Positions 1 to 9,484 of a DNA stretch of 64,000 bases are shown piece after piece (within the stretch, counting starts at the first letter, position 1; every line of letters begins with the position of its first letter). Position numbers and translations under genes: made by a program. The DNA lies in NCBI GenBank assembly GCA_964472465.1, contig CAYYLW010000002.1, forward strand, positions 11,361-75,360, given 5' to 3'. This stretch comes from an uncultured Oscillospiraceae bacterium (GTDB lineage: Bacteria; Bacillota; Clostridia; Oscillospirales; Ruminococcaceae). The notes under the pieces are model-generated. The model saw only the letters and a program-made list of their open reading frames with translations. It searched no databases and was not told the origin of the DNA.

Positions 1-53
1 CAAGGCGGATGCCCGGTTGGCTCGCCTGTGTACCAATCGGGTGATTCGGCATG

Positions 54-1193
54 TCAGGAGGCACTGAATGCTGTAAAAAAGCGGAGGAGGTTTTCGGTTG
101 TGAGGGCTAGATCCTGGCGGCAACGGGTGCGTGCCTCAGAAAAGGGAAGCGCCACACGGTTTATGCTGAACACACCTGAAAGCCCCTGTGCATAAGCGGG
201 CTCAATATGATCGCCGATATCACCCACCAGGGCAACCACAGGCACATGGAACATTTGGGCACGGCGCGCCACGCCCATCACCACCTTGCCGCGCAGGCTT
301 TGCCCATCCATTTTCCCCTCCCCGGTGAGTACCAAGCTGGTTCCGGGCAATAGATCTTCAAAATGTACCAAATCCAGTACCGTTTCAATGCCCATTTGTA
401 GATGTGCACCCAGAAACGCGGCCATACCCCCGCCCATTCCCCCGGCGGCGCCTGCGCCAGGCATCCTGGCGATATCTTTCCCCATCTGGCTGTGAACAAG
501 CTGAGCCACAGCGCGAAGTTGGTCATCTAGCATGTGTACCATGGAGGGGCCGGCACCTTTTTGTGGCGCAAAAACATGGGCTGCTCCTAGTGGGCCATAC
601 AAAGGGTTATCTATATCGCACATCACGGTGATTTCCGCCTGTGCCAAAGCGGTATTCAGCCCTGTGGGGTCGATGCGATGTATTTCAGAGAGTGTTTCAC
701 CAACAGGGACAAATTTCTGGTTCTGTGCGTTAGTAAAAACGATGCCCATGGCGGCGGCGGCGCCTGCGCCAAAATCGTTGGTAGCGCTTCCCCCCAAGCA
801 CAGAATGATTTTACGGCAACCGGATTCAGCAGCGTGTAACATCATCTGGCCTACACCGTAACTGGTGGTTTTGGCAGGGTTTGTCCTCCCATCAACCAGA
901 GGGAGCCCGGCACAGGCAGCCATTTCCACCACGGCGGTTTTGCCATCTGCCAACAGTCCATAGTCAGCTTTCATCCTTTCTGTATAGGGCCCTTGCACCC
1001 AAACGGTTTGTCTCCGCCCGCCCAGTGCGGCTAAAAATGCCTCAACACTGCCTTCGCCCCCGTCGGCCACCGGAAGGCAGATCACCTCGGCCGGTGGCAA
1101 AACATGGTGAATGGCCTCCTCCATAATGCGGCAAACCTCTACGGAGCACATGGTGCCCTTGAAGGAATCTGGAACCAAAAGGAATTTATGCAT
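54..1193 (-). CDS. glxK: glycerate kinase
   Basis: 379-aa ORF. Contains the N-terminal LVPDSFKGT block, ADGGEGS, and C-terminal LVLTGEGKMDGQS, which are typical of the GlxK/GarK glycerate kinase family. Confidence 0.85.
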   Translation of the reverse strand: MHKFLLVPDSFKGTMCSVEVCRIMEEAIHHVLPPAEVICLPVADGGEGSVEAFLAALGGRRQTVWVQGPYTERMKADYGLLADGKTAVVEMAACAGLPLVDGRTNPAKTTSYGVGQMMLHAAESGCRKIILCLGGSATNDFGAGAAAAMGIVFTNAQNQKFVPVGETLSEIHRIDPTGLNTALAQAEITVMCDIDNPLYGPLGAAHVFAPQKGAGPSMVHMLDDQLRAVAQLVHSQMGKDIARMPGAGAAGGMGGGMAAFLGAHLQMGIETVLDLVHFEDLLPGTSLVLTGEGKMDGQSLRGKVVMGVARRAQMFHVPVVALVGDIGDHIEPAYAQGLSGVFSINRVALPFSEARTRCRQDLALTTENLLRFFTAFSAS

Positions 1194-1223
1194 GTCGTCT
1201 CCTGCGTTGCATTGCAGCTAGAA

Positions 1224-2378
1224 TTACTGGCCACAAAAGGTGCTACGAAAACGCTCGCAATAGTATTGTACATTCTCCCAAATGGCATCCGGGGGGATTC
1301 GATGATCTGGGCAGGGGAGATATCCACCCAGTTCGACCAAAGGTTTTAGCCGTTCTATTTCGGTATCGATGGCGGCGCGGTCTTTTCCAAAAATACTTTT
1401 GTCCACACCGCCCACTCCCCGCAACGCTTTTCCATATTCCTGCCGCCAAGGAAGAATGCTGGCGTTCCAGTTGCCTTGCTCTATGGGGAACATGGTGTTG
1501 ACGCCATGTTTTAGCCAAATGGGTACCAAAGTGTCTGTTTTTCCGTCGCAGTCCAGCGAGACCGTATCGATTCCATGCTCCCCCAAAAGTCTGCCGATTG
1601 TCTCATAGTGGGGTCCAGCTACCATATCAAGCACTTCTGGTAATACCAAGGTGCCATCATTGCCACAGATGTCCTCCCAGAAAAGAGCATAATCAAAGTG
1701 GCCCAGGGCTAGAAAGTTTTGGGTTTGCCGGTACATCTGTTCACCCAATGTATTTACCATATCGGTAAATAGAGCGGGGTCATCATACCAAAGAAAGCAG
1801 AAATTCTCTAGCCCCAGCCAGTTGCGCAAGCGCCCCACCAACGACCCACAAAACAAGCCCGCGGGGACACCCAGGGTTTCACAGCGGTTCAAATAACGTG
1901 TCAAGAAGGCCTGGTCAATCACCTCAGCACCATATTGAAGGCGTGGCAAATAGTGTGTTTCCCAGCTTTTCCTATCAACCAAAGTGTGCCCAGCGTCTTT
2001 GGGGATAGAGGCAATTTCGGGATGTGTCAGTACCAGGTTTCCCTCGATATCTCGCTGCAGTTGCTTCCCATCCCCTAGCACTTCAAGAATTTGGGAATCA
2101 AAAAGGGGTTCCAACAAATACTGCCCCATTCCGGCCAAAGAATTCCAGTTAAAATCAAACCCCAAGGCGGTTGTAATATCATCGTACTCAAAATCATACA
2201 TCGGGCGGTCCAGCACTTGCTGAGGCTTTATATGCCCCTCATCGCGCCAGCGCCGCAGGGTCTGTGTCCAAAAACCAAACCCCACCACGGGGAGGGATTC
2301 ATATGGTTCGTACCGCATTACAGCATGGAAATTTTCTCTCACTGTCACAAAGCGTACCCCCTTATCGATTTGGGCCAA
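1224..2378 (-). CDS. uroporphyrinogen decarboxylase (URO-D)-like family protein, function unknown
   Basis: 384-aa ORF. The C-terminal block GGYLPCPDHRIPPD and overall layout resemble URO-D/MtaA-like proteins often found in Firmicutes sugar loci. Appears co-transcribed with glycerate kinase. Confidence 0.55.
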   Translation of the reverse strand: MAQIDKGVRFVTVRENFHAVMRYEPYESLPVVGFGFWTQTLRRWRDEGHIKPQQVLDRPMYDFEYDDITTALGFDFNWNSLAGMGQYLLEPLFDSQILEVLGDGKQLQRDIEGNLVLTHPEIASIPKDAGHTLVDRKSWETHYLPRLQYGAEVIDQAFLTRYLNRCETLGVPAGLFCGSLVGRLRNWLGLENFCFLWYDDPALFTDMVNTLGEQMYRQTQNFLALGHFDYALFWEDICGNDGTLVLPEVLDMVAGPHYETIGRLLGEHGIDTVSLDCDGKTDTLVPIWLKHGVNTMFPIEQGNWNASILPWRQEYGKALRGVGGVDKSIFGKDRAAIDTEIERLKPLVELGGYLPCPDHRIPPDAIWENVQYYCERFRSTFCGQ

Positions 2379-2388
2379 TTATAAGGAA

Positions 2389-2402
2389 CAAAAACGTTTT
2401 CG
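2389..2402. promoter_or_regulatory. LacI-type operator palindrome CAAAAACGTTTTCG
   Basis: Lies 11 nt upstream of the URO-D-like start codon. It is the exact reverse complement of the site at 3710-3723. Confidence 0.55.
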
Positions 2403-2522
2403 TCAACCCAAGACGGATTCTTTCCAGAGTGTTTGTAGGGGTGAACAAATTTTTATGTGTAATCTGTACATATTGGGAAAAACTGGCACTTGATTGTTTA
2501 TCCGGGGTCATATACTATAAGA

Positions 2523-2536
2523 ATAAAACGTTTTAG
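2523..2536. promoter_or_regulatory. LacI-type operator palindrome ATAAAACGTTTTAG
   Basis: Shares the AAAACGTTTT core. Sits just upstream of the LacI gene start, which suggests autoregulation. Confidence 0.5.
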
Positions 2537-2562
2537 GCCGGTATGGCCGGAAAGGGGAGAGC

Positions 2563-3564
2563 ATGGCCTCCATACGGGAAGTGGCAAAAAGGGCCGGGGT
2601 AAGCATCACCACTGTGTCCAAAGCCCTGAATAACTATGTGGATGTAAACCCGGATACCCGCCAGCGTGTGTTGGATATCTGCCGTCAAATGGATTATAAG
2701 CCAAACCCTTCCGCCAGAAATTTGGCCTCAAAACGTTCAAAAAATATTTCTCTCCTCATCTCTGACATCAAAGAGACCGACTCCAACGGCAATATCATTT
2801 TTCGCCTGCTTGTGGGTGCACAAAACGCGTGCAGCAAACGCGGGTATGAGTTATCTATTATTTTTACCGACGTTGAAAAGCAGCGTCGCAAACCTTTTCG
2901 GGAACTGTGCCAAGAGCGTAACCTGTGTGGTGCCATTTTGTATGGCCTGAAAATAACGGACCAGTACTATCAAGAGCTTGCCCATCAGGAAACCCCCTGC
3001 GTGGCCATTGATGTGGAGAGTGACATTGAGGGTGTTGTGGCGGTTTCCACCGATAACCGCGCGGCGGTAACGGAGATTGTAAACTTGCTACACAGCCGTG
3101 GACACCGGCGCATAGCCATGGTAAACGGGGCAAGGGATGCGCGTATTAGCTATGTGCGTGAGGAGGGGTTCCGGCAGGCGATGGAGCAGTTGGGCCTGCC
3201 CGTAGAAGAGGGGATGGTGCGATACGCGAATTTTTTTGAAAAGGACGCCTTCAACGAGACCCATGTGTTGATACATGAGCACCCTAAAACCGAGGCGATT
3301 TTTGCCGCATCGGATTTGATGGCCATGGGCGTGATGCGTGCGGCACGGAAATTGGGGCGCTCCATTCCGGCGGATTTGGCCGTGGCGGGCTTTGATGGAA
3401 TTCAGGTGGGGGAGTTCATTGCGCCCCCGCTTACCACGGTATACCAAAATTTCAAAACCATGGGCAAAACGGCCGCCAATGCCGTGATGGATATGGCGGA
3501 AGGCAAAACAAGTTCTAGCCTTATCTATGTGCCGCACGAGCTATTGGTTCGAAAAAGCGTGTGA
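2563..3564 (+). CDS. LacI family transcriptional regulator
   Basis: N-terminal HTH MASIREVAKRAGVSITTVSKALNN followed by a periplasmic-binding-protein-like sugar-binding domain. Confidence 0.9.
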   Translation: MASIREVAKRAGVSITTVSKALNNYVDVNPDTRQRVLDICRQMDYKPNPSARNLASKRSKNISLLISDIKETDSNGNIIFRLLVGAQNACSKRGYELSIIFTDVEKQRRKPFRELCQERNLCGAILYGLKITDQYYQELAHQETPCVAIDVESDIEGVVAVSTDNRAAVTEIVNLLHSRGHRRIAMVNGARDARISYVREEGFRQAMEQLGLPVEEGMVRYANFFEKDAFNETHVLIHEHPKTEAIFAASDLMAMGVMRAARKLGRSIPADLAVAGFDGIQVGEFIAPPLTTVYQNFKTMGKTAANAVMDMAEGKTSSSLIYVPHELLVRKSV

Positions 3565-3608
3565 AAAACTGCCAAAAGCGGGCGTAAAGGTTTGTGATAA
3601 ATGGCAGT

Positions 3609-3637
3609 TTACAAAGGGGAAGAGCCTGGGCTATAAT
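3609..3637 (+). promoter_or_regulatory. sigma-A-type promoter for the ABC operon
   Basis: TTACAA (3609-3614), 17-nt spacer, TATAAT (3632-3637). An operator lies immediately downstream. Confidence 0.5.
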
Positions 3638-3644
3638 ACAGTTA

Positions 3645-3658
3645 CGAAAACATTTTCG
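3645..3658. promoter_or_regulatory. LacI-type operator CGAAAACATTTTCG
   Basis: Imperfect palindrome with the same core, overlapping the predicted transcription start. Confidence 0.5.
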
Positions 3659-3709
3659 AAAAAAGAAATATCGGTTTCATGGATAACGGTATATTTTTTT
3701 GCAATATAA

Positions 3710-3723
3710 CGAAAACGTTTTTG
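3710..3723. promoter_or_regulatory. LacI-type operator CGAAAACGTTTTTG
   Basis: Reverse complement of the 2389-2402 site. Lies in the 5' UTR of the binding-protein gene. Confidence 0.55.
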
Positions 3724-3805
3724 TAATTGTAATTTGTGCTTGTGTCCGTTTGCTACACGCACGCGAAGAAAGAAGAAATGGCTAAAAACAATTGGGAGGT
3801 AGAAA

Positions 3806-5170
3806 ATGAAAAAAGTACTGGCACTGATGATGAGTTTGGCAATAGGTGTTAGCTTGCTTGCGGCTTGTGGCACAAGCGCCTCTGGCAGCGGTGCGGCTGC
3901 CGCCCCGGCAGAAAGTGGGGGAGCTAGTGCGCCCGCGGCTTCTGCAAATGGTGCCACAGTGGAAATTCAAATTCTGCATGGCCAACCGGAAGAGGAACGC
4001 GTGACGGCGATTCAGAGTATTATTGATGGCTTTATGGCGGAAAACCCTGGTATTACGGTAACGCAGTTGCCCACGCCGGAAGAGGGCTTTTGGACCAAAA
4101 TTACCACCCAGATTAGCTCGGGCCAACTGCCGGCGCTTGTGGAGGGTGGCGTGGACCAGTTGCGTATGATGAATGCCGAAGAAGCGATCGATACGGCGGC
4201 TGTAACCGAGGCCATCGAACTGGCCGGCAAAGACCGTTTTTTCACCGGTGCGCTGGAAATGGCGAAAGCGCCGGGCGTGGATGAATACCTAGGAATGCCG
4301 GTGTCTGGCTGGGTGAGCGGAATTTGGTACCGGAAATCCCTGTTCGAGGAAAATAATTTGGAACCGCCTACAACTTGGGAAAATATCGTAAAGGCGGCAG
4401 AAACATTGAACGACCCTGCCAATAAGTTCTACGGCATTATGTTCCCCACAGAAGAATCGGATTTTACAGAGCAGATGTTCAATAACTTTGCCCACTCAAA
4501 CAACGTTCAAATATTCGATGCTGAAGGCAACGCCAACTTCAATACGCCTGAAGTAAAAGAAGTTTTGGAACTGTACAAAGACATGTACCAATACACCATG
4601 CCTGGCTCCAATGGTGTGGAGCAGGTGAAGGATGCGATGGTGGGCGGCCATACAGCCATGGCCATGTATTCTACCTATATTATGGGCGCTTTGAATGATG
4701 CTGGTATGGCGGAAGATATAGGGTTTGCCATCCCGGAAAAAGAATCTGACGGTGCATTTGGGATGACTTCCACCATGACCATTTCCAGCATGATTGACGA
4801 ACAGCAGCGCGAAGCGGCCATCAAGTTTTTGGCCTACATGGCCAGCGCAGATGCCAATATCACCTGGTGCCACATGGCGGCTGGCGGCTCTAACCCCGTG
4901 CTGCGTGATGTGGCCAGCGACCCGGCCTACATGGAAAATGATGTTCTGAAAGCCTTTGGAGAGACGGCGGAGACTGTGCCCCTGGCCTTTGAGGAACTAA
5001 AGATGCTGGGCGTGCAAGACGGCGAGGTAAACCCCGCTATGGGTAATATTTCAGCCAAATTCATTATCCCCAGGTGCATCAACCAAATTCTGGTACAAGG
5101 GGCGGATATAGACGCCCAGATGGAAATTTGCCAGCAGGAAATGCAGGCAGAGGTGGACGCGCTGGGCTAA
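3806..5170 (+). CDS. sugar ABC transporter substrate-binding lipoprotein (family 1 SBP)
   Basis: Signal peptide plus lipobox (LLAACG), a Gly/Ala/Ser linker, and SBP_bac_1-like sequence. SD GGGAGG lies upstream. Confidence 0.85.
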   Translation: MKKVLALMMSLAIGVSLLAACGTSASGSGAAAAPAESGGASAPAASANGATVEIQILHGQPEEERVTAIQSIIDGFMAENPGITVTQLPTPEEGFWTKITTQISSGQLPALVEGGVDQLRMMNAEEAIDTAAVTEAIELAGKDRFFTGALEMAKAPGVDEYLGMPVSGWVSGIWYRKSLFEENNLEPPTTWENIVKAAETLNDPANKFYGIMFPTEESDFTEQMFNNFAHSNNVQIFDAEGNANFNTPEVKEVLELYKDMYQYTMPGSNGVEQVKDAMVGGHTAMAMYSTYIMGALNDAGMAEDIGFAIPEKESDGAFGMTSTMTISSMIDEQQREAAIKFLAYMASADANITWCHMAAGGSNPVLRDVASDPAYMENDVLKAFGETAETVPLAFEELKMLGVQDGEVNPAMGNISAKFIIPRCINQILVQGADIDAQMEICQQEMQAEVDALG

Positions 5171-5190
5171 TAATCTAACTGCGGACGAAT

Positions 5191-5241
5191 GGGGCTGCTG
5201 GCGATCGATTCCCTTGAATCGTTGTACAGCAGCCCCTTTTT
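5191..5241 (+). terminator. intra-operon hairpin / partial terminator after the SBP gene
   Basis: GGGGCTGCTG (5191-5200) pairs with CAGCAGCCCC (5227-5236), followed by TTTTT. Confidence 0.55.
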
Positions 5242-5281
5242 ACAGAAGTTTTTTGGCTAAGCATTACAAAGGAGGTGGGCC

Positions 5282-6178
5282 GTGAATACGCAGCCCGAAT
5301 TCAAAAAGCGCAGAGGGTCACTCAAAAAGGCAGAGACACGGCTGGGCATTCTGCTGCTGTTGCCTACCGCTATCCTCATTGCCGGGGTGATTATTTACCC
5401 TATTATTTACAATTTCGTCATGAGCTTCCACAAGGTGGCCATGAACCCCAACCGTCCAAATATTTTCATTGGTTTTTCTAACTACGCAAAATTGTTTAGC
5501 GACCAAACCTTTTATACATCCCTGCTTACCACCATTTTATATGTACTGGTTACCGTGGCGGGCTCCACCGTGGCGGGTTTGCTGGTAGCGCTGCTGATGA
5601 ATAAGGCATTTAAGGGCAGACGCATTGCACGTAGCCTGATTTTATTGCCCTACGTGGCGCCCATGGTGGCACTGGTATACGTGTGGCAGTATATGTTCAA
5701 TGGGCTATATGGGGTGATGAACTACCTGACGGTGGATGTGTTCCACATATTTGCCGAAAATCCCATGTGGTTTGACCATAAGGTGTTTTCTTTCCTGCTG
5801 GTTACGTTGTTTGATATCTGGCGGGTATTCCCCTATAGCTTTTTGATGATTTTGGCGGCGCTTCAATCTATAGATGCCAGCTTATATGAGGCGGCTGATG
5901 TGGATGGCGCAAGCGCTTGGCGGAAATTTTGGGCCATTACCTTCCCGGAAATTCTGCCTTCAGTAGCAGCCATTGTTACACTGCGTACCATTTGGAATTT
6001 CTATAAATTTGACGATGTGTTTTTGTTTACCAAAAACGTGCCGGTGCTGGGCGTTTACCTGTACAATGCCGCGTTTGCCACCCACGATATTGGGCGGGCA
6101 GCCGCCATCACCATTGTGCTGTTTGTTATTGTGTTTACCTTTGTGGTGCTGTTTGGAAGGAAGGTGATTCGGCGGTGA
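5282..6178 (+). CDS. carbohydrate ABC transporter permease (MalF/UgpA-like)
   Basis: Multi-TM protein with an EAA-loop region (LYEAADVDGASAWRKFWAITFP). GTG start follows an AGGAGG SD. Confidence 0.85.
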   Translation: MNTQPEFKKRRGSLKKAETRLGILLLLPTAILIAGVIIYPIIYNFVMSFHKVAMNPNRPNIFIGFSNYAKLFSDQTFYTSLLTTILYVLVTVAGSTVAGLLVALLMNKAFKGRRIARSLILLPYVAPMVALVYVWQYMFNGLYGVMNYLTVDVFHIFAENPMWFDHKVFSFLLVTLFDIWRVFPYSFLMILAALQSIDASLYEAADVDGASAWRKFWAITFPEILPSVAAIVTLRTIWNFYKFDDVFLFTKNVPVLGVYLYNAAFATHDIGRAAAITIVLFVIVFTFVVLFGRKVIRR

Positions 6179-7017
6179 GCAAACATAAGAAGGTTTTGCG
6201 AATGGCGGTGCGTTATCTGCTTGTTGTGCTGGTGCTTATGCTGGTGCTTTTCCCCTTTTACAGCATGCTAACAACGGCACTGAAAACCACCCAAGGGGCG
6301 GTGGCCTACCCGCCGGAAATTGTGCCCAAGGAGTTTACCTTGCAGCACTTCCGCGATGTGCTGAACCCGGAGATTTTTCCGTTTTGGCGATACTTTTTCA
6401 ATAGTTTTAAAATTGCTTTTGCCACGGCCAGCATTGCGGTGGTAATAGGGGGGATGGGGGCCTACAGCTTGGCACGTCTCACCTTTCCTGGGCGTATTGT
6501 GTTTAAAGAAGCCACCCTTATTGTATATATGTTTTCCGGTATTTTGCTTGTGGTACCGCTGTTCCGTATTCTTAGCGCCATTGGCCTAAATGATAATATG
6601 TGGGCGGTGGTGCTGGCGAACTTGGTCTCTACGTTGCCGGCGGCTATTTATATGCTCAGTGGGTATTTTGCCACCATCCCCTACTCTTTGGAAGAGGCCG
6701 CTATGATAGATGGGCTGACACGGGTGCAGGTGATTTACAAAATCATTGCGCCGCTCTCGGTACCGGCTATCTCTTCCGCCTTTATTTACGTGTTCATGAT
6801 TGCCTGGAATGACTTTTTGTTCTCCTTCACCTTCCTTACTTCGCCGGCAAAGTTTACCCTGGCCATTGGCTTGCGACAGTTATTTGGCTCTATGGACTAT
6901 GTGTGGGGCCGTATGATGGCCGCGTCTTTCCTCACAGCCATTCCGGTTATCATTATGTTCTCCGCCGTGGAAAAATTCATTGCGGGTGGCCTGACGGCGG
7001 GGGGAGAAAAAGGATGA
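6175..7017 (+). CDS. carbohydrate ABC transporter permease (MalG/UgpE-like)
   Basis: Multi-TM protein with an EAA loop (LEEAAMIDGLTRVQVIYKIIAP). GTGA overlap with the upstream permease. Confidence 0.85.
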   Translation: MSKHKKVLRMAVRYLLVVLVLMLVLFPFYSMLTTALKTTQGAVAYPPEIVPKEFTLQHFRDVLNPEIFPFWRYFFNSFKIAFATASIAVVIGGMGAYSLARLTFPGRIVFKEATLIVYMFSGILLVVPLFRILSAIGLNDNMWAVVLANLVSTLPAAIYMLSGYFATIPYSLEEAAMIDGLTRVQVIYKIIAPLSVPAISSAFIYVFMIAWNDFLFSFTFLTSPAKFTLAIGLRQLFGSMDYVWGRMMAASFLTAIPVIIMFSAVEKFIAGGLTAGGEKG

Positions 7018-8396
7018 GCAAAGCCGAAAACATACTGGCCGATGTGCGGCTGCCCTTTATTAGCAGGCATGCTCAGATAGATATTGAACTGCGGCAGAGC
7101 CTGGAAGAAGGGCGGGACTTGCGCGCCTATGAGACCGAAATAGCCAAGGTGAGAGCGATGCCAAAGGGCGATGCACAGGCGGAAGAGGCGGCACTTTTGC
7201 TTTGCTGTGCACTGGAAAAGGCCCCTAGGCAAGAGGGTTATGCCTATGACGAACCGGAAACGATAGAGGAAATTCTGGCACTGTTCCCACCGCCGGAAAA
7301 GCCAGTTCCAATTTCCAAACAAGTGCTGGAAGATAAAATTTTAGGCGCTTGGCTGGGCCGGGCGGCAGGCTGTTTGTTGGGACAACCGGTGGAAGGTTGG
7401 ATGCGGGAGCGTATACAGGGCTTTGCAAAGGACACCGGGAATTATCCCATAGAGAGGTATTTTTCTTCGGATGTGCCGCCGGCGCTACGCGAGAGGTACG
7501 CGGTTACAGATTTTCCCGGTGCCTATGGGAACCAGAAAATTAGCTGGTTGAACAATATTGAGGGTATGCCCGAGGATGACGACACCAATTACACCGTACT
7601 GGGGCTGTATATCCTGGAAAAATATGGCCGTGACTTTACGGCGATGGACGTGGCCGAAGCGCTGGTGACAAACATACCGCTGTTCCTCACGCATACAGCG
7701 GAGCGCATGGCGTATAAAAATATAGCAAATGGTATTTTACCGCCGCGCTGCGCAAGCTACGGCAACCCTTACCGTGAGTGGCTGGGTGGCCAAATTCGCG
7801 TGGATAGCTATGCCTATGTGAACCCGGGCAAGCCCTGGCGGGCCGCCGAGATGGCCCTGCGGGACGCCTGCGTCACACACACGAAAAATGGGCTCTATGC
7901 CTCTGCCTTCTGTGCGGCCCTCATTGCAGTGGCAGCAAAGTGCCAAACAGCCAGGCAGGCCATTGATTTGGCGCTTTCTTACATACCGCCCCGTTCGCGG
8001 CTGCGCCTGGCGTTGGAAGAATTTTTGGCCTTGTACGAAGAAGCACCCAATGCCGAAAAAATGATGGACTGGGTACACCAAAAATACAACGAGGCCGACC
8101 GACACGACTGGTGCCATGTAATTCCCAATGACATGATTATCTGCTTGGCCCTGCTTTGTGCAAAAGAGGATTTTACCCGCCTGATTGGCCTATGCGTGGA
8201 GGCTGGCTTTGATACCGACTGTAATGCGGCCACAGCGGGCAGTGTGTTTGGCATGATGTACGGGGCAAATGCCATCGGACGGCAGTGGATAGAACCGCTT
8301 GGGGGCGCGGTGCTCTCCCGTGTGGGATATGGTGGGCGCACCCCCTTTGCAGAGCTGGTTCGCCGGACAGTGGCGCTGGCAGAAGCCGAAGAGTGA
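7014..8396 (+). CDS. ADP-ribosylglycohydrolase family protein
   Basis: Motifs GMPEDDDTNYT and GFDTDCNAATAGSVFG. I place the start at the ATG at 7014 (ATGA overlap with the permease stop) rather than the ORF-track start at 6903. Confidence 0.75.
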   Translation: MSKAENILADVRLPFISRHAQIDIELRQSLEEGRDLRAYETEIAKVRAMPKGDAQAEEAALLLCCALEKAPRQEGYAYDEPETIEEILALFPPPEKPVPISKQVLEDKILGAWLGRAAGCLLGQPVEGWMRERIQGFAKDTGNYPIERYFSSDVPPALRERYAVTDFPGAYGNQKISWLNNIEGMPEDDDTNYTVLGLYILEKYGRDFTAMDVAEALVTNIPLFLTHTAERMAYKNIANGILPPRCASYGNPYREWLGGQIRVDSYAYVNPGKPWRAAEMALRDACVTHTKNGLYASAFCAALIAVAAKCQTARQAIDLALSYIPPRSRLRLALEEFLALYEEAPNAEKMMDWVHQKYNEADRHDWCHVIPNDMIICLALLCAKEDFTRLIGLCVEAGFDTDCNAATAGSVFGMMYGANAIGRQWIEPLGGAVLSRVGYGGRTPFAELVRRTVALAEAEE

Positions 8397-8417
8397 AAAA
8401 ATATAGGAGATGACAAC

Positions 8418-9470
8418 ATGCCCAAAATGTTAATTGCTACCCAACCCTTGGAGGCTGCCTTTCGGGAGTATACAGACCCTCCCCTTAAAAACGACGAGGT
8501 TTTGTGTAAGGTGTTGTATGCTGCACCGAAACATGGCACCGAAGCCACCGAGTTTAGCGGGAAAAGCGTGCACTTTGCAGAGCGTTACGACGCAGAATGG
8601 CAACTGTTTGTACCGCGTGAAAAGAACGAAAAGCCAGACACTGTTTTTGGTGAATGGAACCTGGGTAACCAGTGGGTGGGCGAAGTGGTGCAAGCGGGTT
8701 CTGCCGTTACCGATTTTCGCATAGGCGACCTGATTAGTTCATACGGCGGGATACGTGAGACGCACATCATAAAAGCGGTGGATAATTTCCGCTGCCGCAA
8801 GCTAAACGATGTGAAAAACTGGAAAAACGCGCTGTGTTATGACCCCGCCCAATATGCGCTGGGTGGTGTGCGAGACGGTAACGTGCGCCCGGGTGATGCC
8901 GTGGCGGTGTATGGCATGGGCGCCATTGGGCAGTTGGCGGCCCAAATGTGTGTGAAGCTGGGGGCAAGTTTGGTTGCCGTGATAGACCCCATAGCCCACC
9001 GCGGTGACATCGCCTTAAAAAATGGGGCCCATGTGGCGCTTGACCCTAGCAACTGTGACGTGGGTTTGGAATTGAAAAAACTGACGGATAAACGCGGTGT
9101 GGACGTAGTGATAGAAACCAGTGGGCACGAGACAGCTCTGCAGAGTGCCTTACGTGGGCTGGCAATGGGGGGTACCATATCTTTTGTGGCGTTTGCCAAA
9201 CCCTTCACACGCCTTGAGCTAGGGCGCGAAGCCCATTTCAACAACGCGAATTTGGTGTTCTCCCGCGCCAGCTCGGAACCGCTACGCGATTTTCCCCGTT
9301 GGAACCGCCGCCGGATAGAGGATGTGTGCTGGGAGATGCTGACGAACGGCCACCTGAACTGTGAGGATTTGATTTGGCCGGTGGTTTCCTTTGCCGAAGC
9401 CGAGGAGGCGTATGTAAAATATCTGGTCCGCGAGCCCCAGCTTTCCATCAAACTTGGCATACAATTTTAA
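8418..9470 (+). CDS. zinc-type (MDR) alcohol/polyol dehydrogenase-like oxidoreductase
   Basis: 350-aa ORF with Rossmann motif VYGMGAIGQLAA and MDR-family layout. Confidence 0.7.
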   Translation: MPKMLIATQPLEAAFREYTDPPLKNDEVLCKVLYAAPKHGTEATEFSGKSVHFAERYDAEWQLFVPREKNEKPDTVFGEWNLGNQWVGEVVQAGSAVTDFRIGDLISSYGGIRETHIIKAVDNFRCRKLNDVKNWKNALCYDPAQYALGGVRDGNVRPGDAVAVYGMGAIGQLAAQMCVKLGASLVAVIDPIAHRGDIALKNGAHVALDPSNCDVGLELKKLTDKRGVDVVIETSGHETALQSALRGLAMGGTISFVAFAKPFTRLELGREAHFNNANLVFSRASSEPLRDFPRWNRRRIEDVCWEMLTNGHLNCEDLIWPVVSFAEAEEAYVKYLVREPQLSIKLGIQF

Positions 9471-9484
9471 CGGAGGTATATGGT

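Noticed and set aside
6903-7013. Long N-terminal extensions in the ORF track (6903, 9374, 10270, 37578, 43878, 47330, and the minus-strand starts at 53672, 44048, 50753 and 61591)
   Set aside because: The extensions overlap upstream genes, promoters or leaders and lack SD sites. Internal ATG/GTG codons with GGAGG-type SD sites, or ATGA/GTGA coupling, fit better.
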